Both the position numbers and the translations under genes were made by a program. A stretch of DNA of 64,000 nucleotides from Octopus sinensis (lineage: Eukaryota): assembly GCF_006345805.1 (NCBI RefSeq), contig NC_043005.1, positions 45,508,001-45,572,000 on the forward strand. Direction: 5' to 3'. Shown here piece by piece: positions 39,748-53,639 of this stretch (the first letter of the stretch is position 1; every line of letters starts with the position of its first letter). Under the pieces are notes generated by a model, which saw only the letters and a list, made by a program, of their open reading frames with translations, did no database searches and had not been told where the DNA came from.

Positions 39748-40820
39748 TCTTTATATATATAAAACTGAGAATGTGTGTCTGTCTGTCTGTCTGTGTGTTT
39801 CCCTAACTTTTTGCCAAGGGTGAGCCCACAGCAATATCATATCTTCTCCACTATGATTTCCTAAAACTTGAGAACTACACAACCAATTTCATTCAAATTT
39901 TACACATGCCTTACTTAGGGTCCATGTAGTTCAACTTTTTGCATAGAGCGAGCCCATAGTAATATCATATCTTCTCCACTATTTCAGTATTACGTATTAA
40001 AAGTGAAACAAAAACATTTCTCTATTTTATGTCAGATACTTTCACTTTAACAATAAAAATAATAATAACAATTGAATTATATGTAGTAAGTTATAATTAA
40101 AATCAAACTCAAGTATAATATAATCGTAACATAACAAAAGTAAAAATAGCAATTGGTATAAAATTGCATCAATGACTTGAACTTGAATAAGTGGTTTCAC
40201 ATGAATGGGAATAAATTAAAAATAAAATTAGCGTGCAAAATGGAATAGTCCAGATGGATAATAAAAAATTAAATTAAAGAAAAGACTATTGTCTATAAAG
40301 TATACAATGTAGAGAAAAAGAAGATTTGAACTCATGGAGGAAAGCACCTTCGAAAAGTGTCTTGGTGTGACTATGAAAAATATCTAATCAGAGGCGGTAA
40401 ATTTGCAACAATAGAAGCAAGGTTCGAGTCAACGGAGCATGCAAGGGAGTACTCGACTTGAACTTGCAAAGTGGAAATATTTTACTTTTACCTTTATATC
40501 TGGGACGTTGGACGTCCCGGAAAAAAAATTTTAAATGCCCCCCCCCCCCCGAAGTAGAGGTAGGCTGGATTGTAAGCCACACATCTATACAAGAGGGAGG
40601 ATAAGATACAATCGATCGAAATTACAAGAGACGGGCTAACAATTCCAGTCTGTTATATATTTTGAGTATTGTTATCACTAGCGATACCAAGATATAACTT
40701 TGTATTTTGTATTTTATGTGTAGATGTATATATATAGATGTACATATATGTACACATATATATACACATATATACATGCACTAGCACTATGACCCGGCAA
40801 CGACGGGTCTTTAATGCTAG
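39748..40820 (+). mobile_element. non-autonomous Helitron-like element
   Basis: 5' TC-tttatatatataaaactgagaatg; 3' GC hairpin gacccg-gcaacga-cgggtc (40791-40809) followed by CTAG (40817-40820). Confidence 0.75.
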
Positions 40821-40965
40821 TATATATATAAAACTGAGAATGTGTGTCTGTCTGTCTGTGTGAATCCCTAAAACTTGAGAACTACACAATCAATTTCATT
40901 CAAATTTTACACATGCCTTACTTAGGGTCTAGGGAGTGTCATGGGCCAAAAAATTTCTAACTTCT
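40821..40965 (+). mobile_element. truncated second Helitron-like unit in head-to-tail tandem
   Basis: Restarts with tatatatataaaactgagaatgtgtgtctg...ccctaaaacttgagaactacaca...ccttacttagggtc, matching 39750-39925. Confidence 0.75.
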
Positions 40966-41033
40966 TCAATTAAATGGAGTTGCATGAAACGATTGTACTG
41001 CATTACTTCTGGATATCCTTGTTGCTTATTTTG

Positions 41034-41039
<6 letters not shown>

Positions 41040-41086
<47 letters not shown>

Positions 41087-41460
41087 ATATACATATATCT
41101 ATATATATAAACATTTATGTACATACATACATGCATACATACATACATACATACATACATACATACATACATACATACATACATACATACATACATACAT
41201 GCATGCATACATACATAAATGCATACATACATAAATACATGCATACATAAATACATGCATACATAAATACATACATACATACATACATACTACATACATA
41301 CATACTACATACATACATACATACATACATACATGCATGCATACATACATAAATGCATACATACATAAATACATGCATACATAAATACATGCATACATAA
41401 ATACATACATACATACATACATACATACATACATACACACATACACACATACATATATAC
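41040..41460. repeat. (TA)n plus (CATA)n minisatellite with higher-order duplication
   Basis: Directly visible; the variant block catgcatgcatacatacataaatgcatac... occurs twice ~132 bp apart. Confidence 0.9.
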
Positions 41461-41920
41461 ATATAGTTTATCTTTTATCTTTTACTTATTTCAGTCATTA
41501 GATTGTGGCCATACTGGGGCACCACCTATATATATGCATGGCCATTGGTATGTCATAAGAATTTTGCTTTCCAACCACATACACTTGCGTTCAGTCCCAC
41601 TGCATGGCACTTTGAGCAAGTGCCTTGTATTATAGCTCTCAGGACCAAACAATACCTGGTGAGTGAATTTGGTAGGCAGAAACTGTATGGAAGCCTGTTG
41701 TATATACACAGACCACTTAAAAGTAAATAGACACCCCTCGTTATATCATCTTATCTGTGTGGATACTCGTGAATGCCCAAATGGATCAATCAATAAAACT
41801 ACACAGACATGTCTAGCAAAGACTAGATTAAGTATTTAGATGCACCAAATGACATTATTTTGCTTCTAGCAATAAATCATTCAAAAAACGATGGTGTCTA
41901 TTTAATTCTCAGGTGTGTGT

Positions 41921-41960
<40 letters not shown>

Positions 41961-43117
41961 TTGTGTGTGTGTGTTTGTGTTTGTTCCCCCTCTCTACCAC
42001 TTGACAACTGGTCTTGGTTTATTTGCATCCCTGTAACTTAGTAGTTCGGCAAAGGAGACTTGAAAAGTAAAAAATAAAAAAAACGAGTACTAGGGTCAAT
42101 TTGTTCAACTAAACTCTTTGAAGCAGTGCCCCAGCATGACTGCAGTCGGGGGACTGAAACACATAAAAGCAAAATGTAAAAAATCTAAATTCTACAAACC
42201 ACTTTGCTTGATACTAATGGTTCTGCCAATGCACTCTGCCCCTTTTGTTGCGGTGTTATTAATATCATATTGCCTTATTGAGTGTATTCTACTGCTAAGG
42301 TGACAGTTGTGTGATATTGGTGATACTGTCATGTGTGTGTGTTTGTGTGTAAGATATGAGTGTGATATGTCAATGATCTAATAAGTGTGATAATACAAGT
42401 GCTGAATGAGTTCATAGGTGTAATATTGCCAAGGTGTCATAAGCGTGACATATTTATCATATGATTCCAATATTTGCTATTATGCTGTTGCGACCCGTTG
42501 CCTAATATTCTGAATCGTGTGATTCTAAATAAATTATTTCACCTATCTGTGAAATACTAATATGTTTACCATAAAAATTATTTGATTAGTATCACACTAG
42601 AAATATTTATGTCACAACACTGCTTCAGTTAATTCTGTTATTACTGTACGCGGTAAAAGGGGGCTCACACACTAAGTGAATACAAGGTTACTTTGTGTCC
42701 TTTTATCTAACGAACAAAAGGTTAATGGTTCATTTCTATACTGATGGTTCTGGAAGGAGTTGTGAGAAAGTTCCGTTGCCGTTGGTGGTGTTGTTTAGCC
42801 TCTGGTTAGGCATGATGAAACAGACAAAGGATCAAAAGCATATTAAGCAGTGACTTTAAGGTATGGTGTACTCCAGACAGCAGGAAGGATATGGTTTGAG
42901 GGAGATCTGACTGTTCTTTTGTTATAACTGGTTGATCAACCACATGACAAATATTTGCTTGAGTTAAACAGCTACTCTTAAATAATTTTCATGGAACCAA
43001 AAGTATTGGATCATATGATGATGATGACGATGGCCATGAGTGACGGTGGGGGTAGGGTGTTAATAGTGGTGATGGGTTATTCACATTTAGTCATCATTAT
43101 AATATAATGATAAGATA

Positions 43118-43680
43118 GTGAGTTGGCAGAATTGTTAGCACTTCAGGCAAAATGCTTATCGGTATTTTATCTGCCGCTACGTTCTGAGTTCAAATTCCGC
43201 CGAGGTCAACTTTGCTTTTCATCCTTTCGGGGTCGATTAAATAAGTACCAGTTACACACTGGGGTCGAGATAATCGACTTAATCCGTTTGTCTGTCCTTG
43301 TTTGTCCTCTTTGTGTTTAGCCCCTTGTGGGCAGTAAAGAAATAAATATTTTGTCTGGTTTTATGTTCTGAGTTCAAGTTCCACCGAGGTCGACTTTGCC
43401 TTTCATCCTTTCAGGGTCGATTAAATAAGTACCAGTTATACACTGGGGTCGATATAATCGACTTAATCCGTTTGTCTGTCCTTGTTTGTCCTCTCTATGT
43501 TTAGCCACTTGTGGGTAGTAAAGAAATAGATATTTTGTCTGGCTTTATGTTCTGAGTTCAAGTTCCACCAGGGTCGACTTTGACTCATCCTTTCAGAAGT
43601 AATAAAATAAGTACCAGCCCTCCACCAAATTTCAGGCCTTGTGCCTATAGAAGAAAGGATTATAGTATAATGCTGAATAA
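43118..43680 (+). mobile_element. SINE family B trimer
   Basis: One full unit (43118-43345) followed by two 5'-truncated units; the last carries the alternative tail. Confidence 0.85.
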
Positions 43681-44009
43681 ATGTGAATAACTTGACATCT
43701 TTCATTTGAGTGATTACCAAATAGATCTTTTAACTTCTTTCCGTTATTTGAAATAGCAAAAATATGCTAATAGGTGCAGGCATGGCTGTAGGATAAGAAG
43801 TTTGCTTCCCAGCCCTATGGCTCTTGATTTGATCCCATCATGTGGCACTTAGGCAAGTGTCTTCTGCTATGACCTCAGGCCAATCACAGACTTGTGAGTG
43901 GATTTGGTAGATGGAAACTGAAAGAAGCCTATCATAATATATATATATTTCTTACTCTGTAGATATTGTACCCATTTTGGCCACAACCTCTCCTCATCTA
44001 GATGGAGAC

Positions 44010-44238
44010 TTAACCCTTTCATTACTGTATTTATTTTGAGATGCTCTGTGTTTCTTTCAATTATTTTAAATATAACAAAGAATTTAGTAAAATAACTTAG
44101 TTATCATTAAGCTAGCGTTAGGAACATAAATTGCAACTAAGGTTTGGTGGTATATTTTGATGCAAAACTTATGAAAACAAGACATTTATACTACAGAGCC
44201 AGAGCCGGTTTTGGCCAGGTTAGTAACGAAAGTGTTAA
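44010..44238. mobile_element. TTAA-flanked piggyBac-like MITE (second family)
   Basis: ttaaccctttcattac ... gtaacgaaagtgttaa. Related partial units occur in tandem at 49757-50140 and at ~30050-30210. Confidence 0.65.
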
Positions 44239-44454
44239 ATAGCCTGACCATATATAAAGGGCAAATTCCACTAATTTGCTCATATTTTGATGTCTTAGCT
44301 GAAGAAGGTTTTACTTTAAAGAGGTGAAATTCCTTTTTTATCTATTATGCAATCATCTAAATCATTCTAATTAAATGCATTCAAAATATATATCTATATC
44401 TATATATCTATATCTATCTCTATATCTATATATTTTCTTATATCCTTTATCTTT

Positions 44455-44810
44455 TACATGTTTCTTTTATCCTTTATCTTTTACATGATTACATGTTTTA
44501 GTCAAACATATCAACTCCAGGACTTATTTTTTAAGCCTAGTACTTATACTATTGGTCTCTTTCACTAAACTTCTTCGTTATGGGGATGTAAACACACCAA
44601 CGTTGGCTGTCAAGCAGTGATGGGGGGAGGGATACAAACACAGACACACACATATAGATACACAAACACACACACACACACACACATATATATACACATA
44701 GTGGTCTTCTTTCAGTTTCTGTCTACCAAATCCACTCACAAGGCTTTGGTCTGCCTGAGGCTATAGTAGAAGACACTTGCCCTAGGTGTCATGCTGTGGT
44801 ATTGAACCCA
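44455..44810 (-). mobile_element. SINE family C
   Basis: Reverse complement of family C with internal (CA)n. Confidence 0.85.
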
Positions 44811-45005
44811 GAATATATATATATGAAATAGAATAAGCAGAACAAGAGGTGACTCACGAGATACCGAGTTTTGATAAAGTCACAGGACACTAGAAAAATA
44901 ATTATAAAATAGACACTAAAATAATAATGATAATAATAAAGCTGAAATGAAGACCAAATAAATAGTGCGTGTATGAGGGGATACTGAAAGGCCTGGATTT
45001 AAGGG

Positions 45006-45021
<16 letters not shown>

Positions 45022-45044
<23 letters not shown>

Positions 45045-46085
45045 TACTACTGCCTTGTCATGACATGCATCATAGTTGAAAATAAATATCACTGCCAGGT
45101 AAATGATAGTCTTTATGCTAAATCTTTCATGAAAGCATGTCTGATTATAAGGAGTTAGATATCACCTTACACGGGAATAGGTGAGTGTCGGCAAGTGGAA
45201 GAGCATCTGGTAACAGAAAATCTGCCTCAGCAAAATGCCATCTGACCCATGCCAGCATGGAAAAGTGCACATAAAACTGATGATGATGACAATGCTTACC
45301 AAGCAAAATTAATAGAAAACAGGGTGTATCCACATCTCAATATTGTCCCATGGATTTCTGGAAATAGTAGCTGGGTCTTTTTTGCCAAAAAATAAAGTAA
45401 CACACTGCCATCTTAGAAAAACAAGAAAAAGTAGTCCCTGTATAGAGGCCCCTGTTGTTGTTGTTGGTAGTGGTGGTGGTGGTGATATAGCTGCTGCTGC
45501 TGCTGTTGTTGCTTAACTCCAGATCAAAATCTGGAATGCCTTTGATCTGGGGATAAAGGACAAGAAAATTTAAAATGCATTTTCACATAGTAATTATTCC
45601 CTTTTGTTTCTTTTATTGTATGACAACAATAAAAACAGAAATAACTGAAAGAAGTCTGTCTCATATATGTATATATGTATATATATATATACATATACAT
45701 ACATATATATATTATATGTGTGTGGAGGCGCAATGGCCCAGTGGTTAGGGCAGTGGACTCGCGGTCATAGGATCGCAGTTTCGATTCCCAGACCGGGCGT
45801 TGTGAGTGTTTATTGAGCGAAAACACCTAAAGCTCCACGAGGCTCCGGCAGGGGATGGTGGTGATCCCTGCTGTACTCTCTCACTCTTACTTCCTGTTTC
45901 TGTTGTACTGTATTTCAAAGGGCCGGCCTTGTCACTCTCTGTGTCACGCTGAATATCCCCGAGAACTACGTTAAGGGTACACGTGTCTGTGGAGTGCTCA
46001 GCCACTTACACGTTAATTTCACGAGCAGGCTGTTCCGTTGATTCGGATTAACCGGAACCCTCATCGTCGTAACCGACGGAGTGCT

Positions 46086-46116
<31 letters not shown>

Positions 46117-46135
46117 TATATATATATATATAATA

Positions 46136-46224
<89 letters not shown>

Positions 46225-47480
46225 TTATCATCATCATCATCATCTTCATTTAACGTCCATCTTCCATGCACACATGTGTAGGACGGTTGACAGGAGCCAG
46301 CCAGGTAGAAGACGACCCCAAGCTACATGTTTGTTTTAGCAGGGTTTTTACTGCTGGGTACCCTTGCTAACACCAACCACTCTGCTGAGTGGACTGAGTA
46401 CTTTTTATCAATGTGTGTGTGTGTGGTGTGTGTGTGTGTTACTACTGCCTTGTCATGACATGCATCATAGTTGAAAATAAATATCACTGCCAGGTAAATG
46501 ATAGTCTTTATGCTAAATCTTTCATGAAAGCATGTCTGATTATAAGGAGTTAGATATCACCTTACACGGGAATAGGTGAGTGTCGGCAAGTGGAAGAGCA
46601 TCTGGTAACAGAAAATCTGCCTCAGCAAAATGCCATCTGACCCATGCCAGCATGGAAAAGTGCACATAAAACTGATGATGATGACAATGCTTACCAAGCA
46701 AAATTAATAGAAAACAGGGTGTATCCACATCTCAATATTGTCCCATGGATTTCTGGAAATAGTAGCTGGGTCTTTTTTGCCAAAAAATAAAGTAACACAC
46801 TGCCATCTTAGAAAAACAAGAAAAAGTAGTCCCTGTATAGAGGCCCCTGTTGTTGTTGTTGGTAGTGGTGGTGGTGGTGATATAGCTGCTGCTGCTGCTG
46901 TTGTTGCTTAACTCCAGATCAAAATCTGGAATGCCTTTGATCTGGGGATAAAGGACAAGAAAATTTAAAATGCATTTTCACATAGTAATTATTCCCTTTT
47001 GTTTCTTTTATTGTATGACAACAATAAAAACAGAAATAACTGAAAGAAGTCTGTCTCATATATGTATATATGTATATATATATATACATATACATACATA
47101 TATATATTATATGTGTGTGGAGGCGCAATGGCCCAGTGGTTAGGGCAGTGGACTCGCGGTCATAGGATCGCAGTTTCGATTCCCAGACCGGGCGTTGTGA
47201 GTGTTTATTGAGCGAAAACACCTAAAGCTCCACGAGGCTCCGGCAGGGGATGGTGGTGATCCCTGCTGTACTCTCTCACTCTTACTTCCTGTTTCTGTTG
47301 TACTGTATTTCAAAGGGCCGGCCTTGTCACTCTCTGTGTCACGCTGAATATCCCCGAGAACTACGTTAAGGGTACACGTGTCTGTGGAGTGCTCAGCCAC
47401 TTACACGTTAATTTCACGAGCAGGCTGTTCCGTTGATTCGGATTAACCGGAACCCTCATCGTCGTAACCGACGGAGTGCT

Positions 47481-47517
<37 letters not shown>

Positions 47518-47535
47518 GTTATATATATATATATG

Positions 47536-47624
<89 letters not shown>

Positions 47625-47815
47625 TTATCATCATCATCATCATCTTCATTTAACGTCCATCTTCCATGCACACATGTGTAGGACGGTTGACAGGAGCCAG
47701 CCAGGTAGAAGACGACCCCAAGCTACATGTTTGTTTTAGCAGGGTTTTTACTGCTGGGTACCCTTGCTAACACCAACCACTCTGCTGAGTGGACTGAGTA
47801 CTTTTTATCAATGTG
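45022..47815. repeat. direct tandem duplication, ~1395-bp unit
   Basis: Identical ORFs at offset 1395 (45145/46540, 45524/46919, 45745/47140). The copies appear to differ mainly in (TA)n/(TG)n lengths. Confidence 0.95.
45724..46083 (+). mobile_element. tRNA-derived SINE family A
   Basis: A box tggcccagtgg, B box gtttcgattcc, 3' domain ...gaactacgttaagggtacacgtg...cgtaaccgacggagtgc. Duplicated at 47119-47478. Confidence 0.9.
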
Positions 47816-48383
47816 TGTGTGTGTGTGTGTGTCTTCACATCTGTGTTTGTCCCTACCCACTGCTTGATAATCAGTGTCGGAGTGTTTATGTACCCGAAAC
47901 TTAGCAGTTCAGCAAAAGAGACCGTCAGAATAAGTACAAGGCTTAAAAAAAAAAAAAATTACTGGGGTCGATTCATTTCACTAAAAATTCTTCAAGGCAG
48001 TGCCCAAGCATGGCTGCATTCTAGTGACTCAAACTAAAGGGGGGAAAAAATGAGATTTGTAGTCCGTAAAATTTTATAACAGAAATTTTTTAGTGAAGCT
48101 AGTTTCCATTTCACTCAAAATTTTCCCATTTACATGATATAAATTATAGACTTATATATACAAACTAACTACTGTACTACAAGTGAAGGATTTTTAATCA
48201 CATTAAGCTAATACAGTATACTATGGTCAGTACCAGAACTAACGCCCAGCTAATCTCCCATTTTGATAAGATATTTGTTTCACCTCCCAAGATTATAAAA
48301 TAGCTAAAAAAAACAACAAAAAGTAAAATTTGTCTTGTGTGTGTGTGTGCGCATGTGTGTATGTGTGTATATATGTGTGCATG

Positions 48384-48446
<63 letters not shown>

Positions 48447-48472
48447 ATATACATGTATATATGTGTGTGTAA

Positions 48473-48509
<37 letters not shown>

Positions 48510-49044
48510 TGTATATATGTATGTATATATGTGTATATATATATGTGCATGTGTGTTTGTGTGTATTTATACTTGTATGTACACATGTAAGTATGTATGT
48601 TTGTATGCATGGATGTGTATATATGTGAACTTATGTATATACCTGTTCACTGGAGTTGATTACATTGAATTATTTATGTCGGGTCAGATGAAAATGATCT
48701 GCTACTGGGCAGTCATGCAAACCAGTCCTACCTGTTTCATGGTCAGGCCATCACTGACTAAACCGACAAGCCACCCCAGAGTCACAACCCCATATGTGAA
48801 GGGTGAATGAACTCTCTGACAAGATGAAAAATATAAAACAATGTCCTGTCTACAAGGGCAGATGAACTCAATAAGGAGTCAAAACCCATCAAACAAACTT
48901 ACAAATGGACCAAGGGCTGCAAAGAATCTTTTGTTACCATATTTCTGTTGGAATACACTGCCTTTGTTCCATTTTTTCTTTTTTTTTTTTTTGAAAATAA
49001 TTGAGGCATGACTGTATGGTAAGGAGCATGCTTCTCACCATACA

Positions 49045-49430
49045 GGTGGCGAGCTGCCGGAATCGTTAGCACCCCGGGTGAAATGCTTAGTGGTATTTCA
49101 TCTGTCTTTACGTTCTGAGTTCAAATTTCCGCCGATGTTGACTTTGCCTTTCATCCTTCAGGGGTCGATAAATTAAGTACCAGTTACGCACTGGGGCTGA
49201 TGTAATTGACTTAATCCATTTGTCCCATGTGGGTAGTAAAGAAATAGGTATTTTGTCTGCCACTACGTTCTGAGTTCAAATTCCGCCCAAGGTCGACTTT
49301 GCCTTTCATCCTTTCAGGGTCGATAAATTAAGTACCAGTTACACACTGGGGTCGATGTAATGGACTTAATCCCTTTGTCTGTCATTGTTTGTCCCCTCTA
49401 TGTTTAGCCCCTTGTGGGCAATATAGAAAT
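49045..49430 (+). mobile_element. SINE family B dimer inserted into a family C head
   Basis: Two B cores in tandem, flanked by the diverged duplication aag(g/a)agcatgcttc(t/c)c(a)accata. The C element resumes at 49430-49720. Confidence 0.8.
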
Positions 49431-50649
49431 AAGAAGCATGCTTCCCAACCATAAGCTTCTGAGTTCAGTCCCACTGTTAGGCAAGTGTCTTTTACTATAA
49501 CTTCAGGTCAGCCAAAGCCTTGTGAGTGGATTTGCTTGATGGAAACTGAAAGAAGCTTGTCATGTGTGTGTGTGTGTGTGTGTGTGACTTAGCTGTCCAG
49601 CAAAAGAAACCGATTGATAGGCTTATAAAGAATAAGTCCTGGGGTCAGTTTCTTCAACTAAAACCCTTTAAAGTAGTGCTCCAGCATGGCTACAGTCAAA
49701 TGATTGAAACAAATAAAAGAATAAAAGAATAATTCAGTTAAATATCTTTGTCATTATTAACCCTTTTGTAACTATATTTTTGTTGAAATACACTGTCTTT
49801 TGTTTCAATTATTTTTGAAAATAATGAGAAATTTAGAAAAAATAACTTTGTCACTATTCACCTTTTTGTTCCCATATTTCAGTTGAAATACACTGCCTTC
49901 GTTTCAATTACTTCTGAAAATGAAGAATTTAGTTAAATAACTTTGTCAATATTAACCTTTTTGTTAGTATATTTCCTTTGAAATACACTGTCTTTATTTC
50001 AATTAGTTTTGAAAATAATGAAGAATTTAGTTAAATAACTTCATTGTTATTAAGCAGGTGTTTAGAACATAAATTAACAAGGAGTTTTAATGGACGGTTT
50101 TAATTTGGATTACTTTGAAACAGAAAGTCTTAAGCAGGTTGGCATTAAGTTTTAAAAAGCTTGTGAGTTTAATTTTGCTGAGTCTCTTAGCTATCTCTTC
50201 ACCTAACTGTCTCTCTCCATTAGACATACTGGCTTTGTCTTTTTTCTGACCCCAAAAAGAACAAGATGGAAGCAATCCTTTGATAAGAGTAAGAACCACT
50301 AAAGGTAGCTTAAATCTGTCTTGGCTAGTATCATCATCATTATCTCAGCTGCTGCTGATTTATGCATTGTCGGAAATGACAGATGAATATCATACCATTC
50401 ATCTGGATATGAAATGTTTTCTCATTTATTGAGCTCTCTGCAAAAATGCTTTGTATAAAGTTACACTTTCATCATATCTGAGATATTTCAGAATGTAAAA
50501 AACGCAATGAAGTTGGAGAAAGATTAAATATGAATAATAATATAAATTAAACTTTAATCTTAAAAAATGTAATAATGAAATGTTTCAGATGAAGATGCTG
50601 TTTTGTCTTAGTTGCTTTTGAAGATTGTGAAGCAGAGAAGAATATGTCC

Positions 50650-52800
50650 AGTTGTGTGGTAGCTTTGACTTTGTATAATGTTATGATTAGACAATGTGCT
50701 TTTTAAGTATGGACAAAGATGGGTTGCAAATTGTATAGTATGGCACATGTCTCAGAATTCTTATACCAAAATTTTATTGTCAACAGATGAGACAAGGACT
50801 GGGTATATGAAGAGGAATTGGGGTTAAATTTTGTGTTGTATGGGAGTGGGGGCAGTGAAAATGGCAAGATTAGCCAACAGGTGTCATTCAGTTCTTGTCA
50901 GTTGTTGATGGCTGGTTTGTATTGACTAATAAATTTTTTTTTTTTTAATCCGTAAGTTCTCGATATTTTGGTCTGCAGCTCTGACAGGAATTGTCATGCT
51001 GTGACTGTGACATTTAACCAATGAAAAGAATGTGGGTGTAGACGGGTAAGGTGGTGAGGTTGGGGGATTTTCTTTGATGCAAATGAGAAAGTGCTGAATT
51101 ATGCTATTAATTTTGCAAACATAGCATTCATTACATGGAATGTGATAGATGATCTAAGCTTGAACCCACATGTCTCTGCTGCAGACAGTGCAGGGTACCC
51201 CAGATCTTTTATAGCACTTGTGGTATGTTTCATCATAGTATCCTGATCAAGTGAAGGTCATTGAAATATACTTTGTACAGATCATCTGAGATTTGAACTA
51301 TTGCTCCATTATTTTGAAACTGTTTAAAATGTAATTCCATTTCCTTCTTGAGCCTTTCTTTATTTGGATATTCTTTGTTAATATTGTATAAATATTTTAT
51401 TAAAACTATTTTTCTTACAAATGACTGTGAATACCATTCCATTCAAATCAGGGGCTAGTTCTACATCATAGGCCACACACTCTCCTTCATAAGATATGGA
51501 TTATTGTTTAGCAGAGAAAAATGTTCCTTCTGCAAAAGAAATGTATTTCACCTCATACTTTTTGAGCTTTAAATGTTTTGGTATGTGTAGTTTATAAAAG
51601 TGTGCTGTTGTCCATTAGTCTCTGTTTGGTTCTTTCCCTTGTAAGTGAATGGACTGGTGCTATCATGAGAGGTGCTTCCTGGCTGTTCACTGGTATTTGT
51701 TGTTGTTGTTGCTGTGATTGGCTTCCCTTGTCTTTTTTGGTTGTGGTTCAGAGGAAGGGCTTTTGGCTCTCATAACTCACTCTTGAGGACTGGGCAGTTT
51801 CACTTGCCAGCTCATGGGATGTGCCTTGTGTTGCCCTAGAGCTGACAACCTTCAGGAACTGATACTGTTACTTTTATACTTTTGGATTTTCTATGTAGAA
51901 AGCTTTTAAGTGGGTTTTGCTTCCACATATGTAACAGCTGGGTCATCTATCTTTCTCTCAGCACTCTCTACATGACTCAGTCCTAGTATAAGTTTATGGT
52001 ATCACAAAGATTTGTATGTCCATAGTGATCTCACCTGACCACATATTGCCAAATGTCACATCTGCACTTATCATTTATCCATATTGTTCCACAAAAGGAA
52101 CTTCTAGTCAAGAGTTGACACCCTCACCAATGACCTTGACCTTTGCGTTCCTTCTTTGCAAATACTGTGGAACCACTTTATGGGCTGGTGTCTTACACAC
52201 TATTTAAGCTTAGGTTTTTGTTCCATCCCCTATTTAAAAAATGATACAGTGCTATATGTTCTTCCTTTCATTATGAAGGATATGTCTCTTAAAGCATCTG
52301 CCAGACCTACCTCCACTTTAAGTTTAGACAGAATAAAAAACTCATTGTGTTTTTAGCAAGAGAGAATTACATTATTTTTCTCCTTTCATGGGCTTCTGTA
52401 ATAACTTGTAGAAAGCTAGTCTTAGTTTGCTGCACAAAATGTTGCCAAACATTTAATCTTTCAAAAAATGTATCATATAGAGAGTTTTCCTCTTGGACAA
52501 AATACTTGTAAAAGTCACTTTATTGTCATTTGTATTTGAAAACAAAGCAATACATGAATACATACAGTAGATGTAGTTGTTGACAACAAGATTGATGGTT
52601 TTCTTTTTGCTTGTGTAAGTTATTAATATTTTGCACAGCAATTAAATTAGCATTTGGTAATTTTTTCTCACTTTCTGCATGTGTACTGTACACTTTGTAC
52701 ATTTTCTGCTTTCTTTTTGGAGATGTGGTGTGAAATGCATAAAGGCCATTTTTTCTCTTTATTTTTAACAGAGATGTGAACAAGAAAATAAAAATTTTGT
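50650..52800 (-). mobile_element. highly degenerate L1/Tx1-like ORF1 region
   Basis: Broken CCHC knuckle CYICGSKTHLKAF(Y) at 51895-51936 and protein-like but stop-riddled minus frames (KVTFTSILSKRK..., HNEFFILSKLKVE..., KERLKKEMELHFKQF...LYKVYF). The clade assignment is inference. Confidence 0.45.
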
Positions 52801-53639
52801 CTGAAAATATAACACAAACTTCATTGGGGTGACTCCAAACTGTATTAAGTTATCTGTATATGAATATTTTTGGTAAAAATTCCATTTCATTGAGTAAAAT
52901 TTTTGCTTTGAAGAAAGACTTGTAAAAACATGAACACTTTACCAGAACTGAATAATAATAATAACCCTTTCTACTAAAGGCAGAAGACCTGAAATTATAG
53001 GAGAGAGGACTAGTCGGTTATATTGACTCCAGTACTCAACTGGTACTTATTTTATTGACCCCAGAAGTATGAAAGACAAAATCACCTTGGCAGAATTTAA
53101 ACTCAGAACGTAAAGATGAGTGAAACGGGGCTAAGTATTTTCCCCAGTTTGTTAATGATTCTGCCAGCTCTCTGCCTTAATAATAACGATGATGATGAGG
53201 AGTAAGATGATGAGGATGATGATGATGATGATGATGATGATTTCTTTTATTAAAAACAAAATTTATATACATTTCTATAACTTTGAAATTTTTTAAAGTC
53301 ACGTTTGCTTAGGAAAATATATATTGTGTTACTCACAATTATAGCAAAGAAATTTAAAATGGCAAAATGAAAGGAGTCGAGTTAGTCACAGCTACTCATC
53401 ATCTTCATCATCATTATACTTCATCTTTATGCTAACTTACTTATAAACGCATAGTGGGATTTTTGAGCTCATTACTATAGATCGTTAACAAAAATTTTTA
53501 AAATACAAACAAACCTACTCATCAATTATATGGTAGAACACCTTCAACTTTCATTTAGGTGAATCAGGAATAATTAATAACTAAGTGTCTCTCTCATAAT
53601 AACATAAAATTGTTGGAGACAGGAAAATAGCAAGATACT

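Noticed and set aside
43118-43680. CRISPR-like repeat-spacer appearance
   Set aside because: Units are long SINE multimers with no unique spacers; eukaryotic context and no cas genes.
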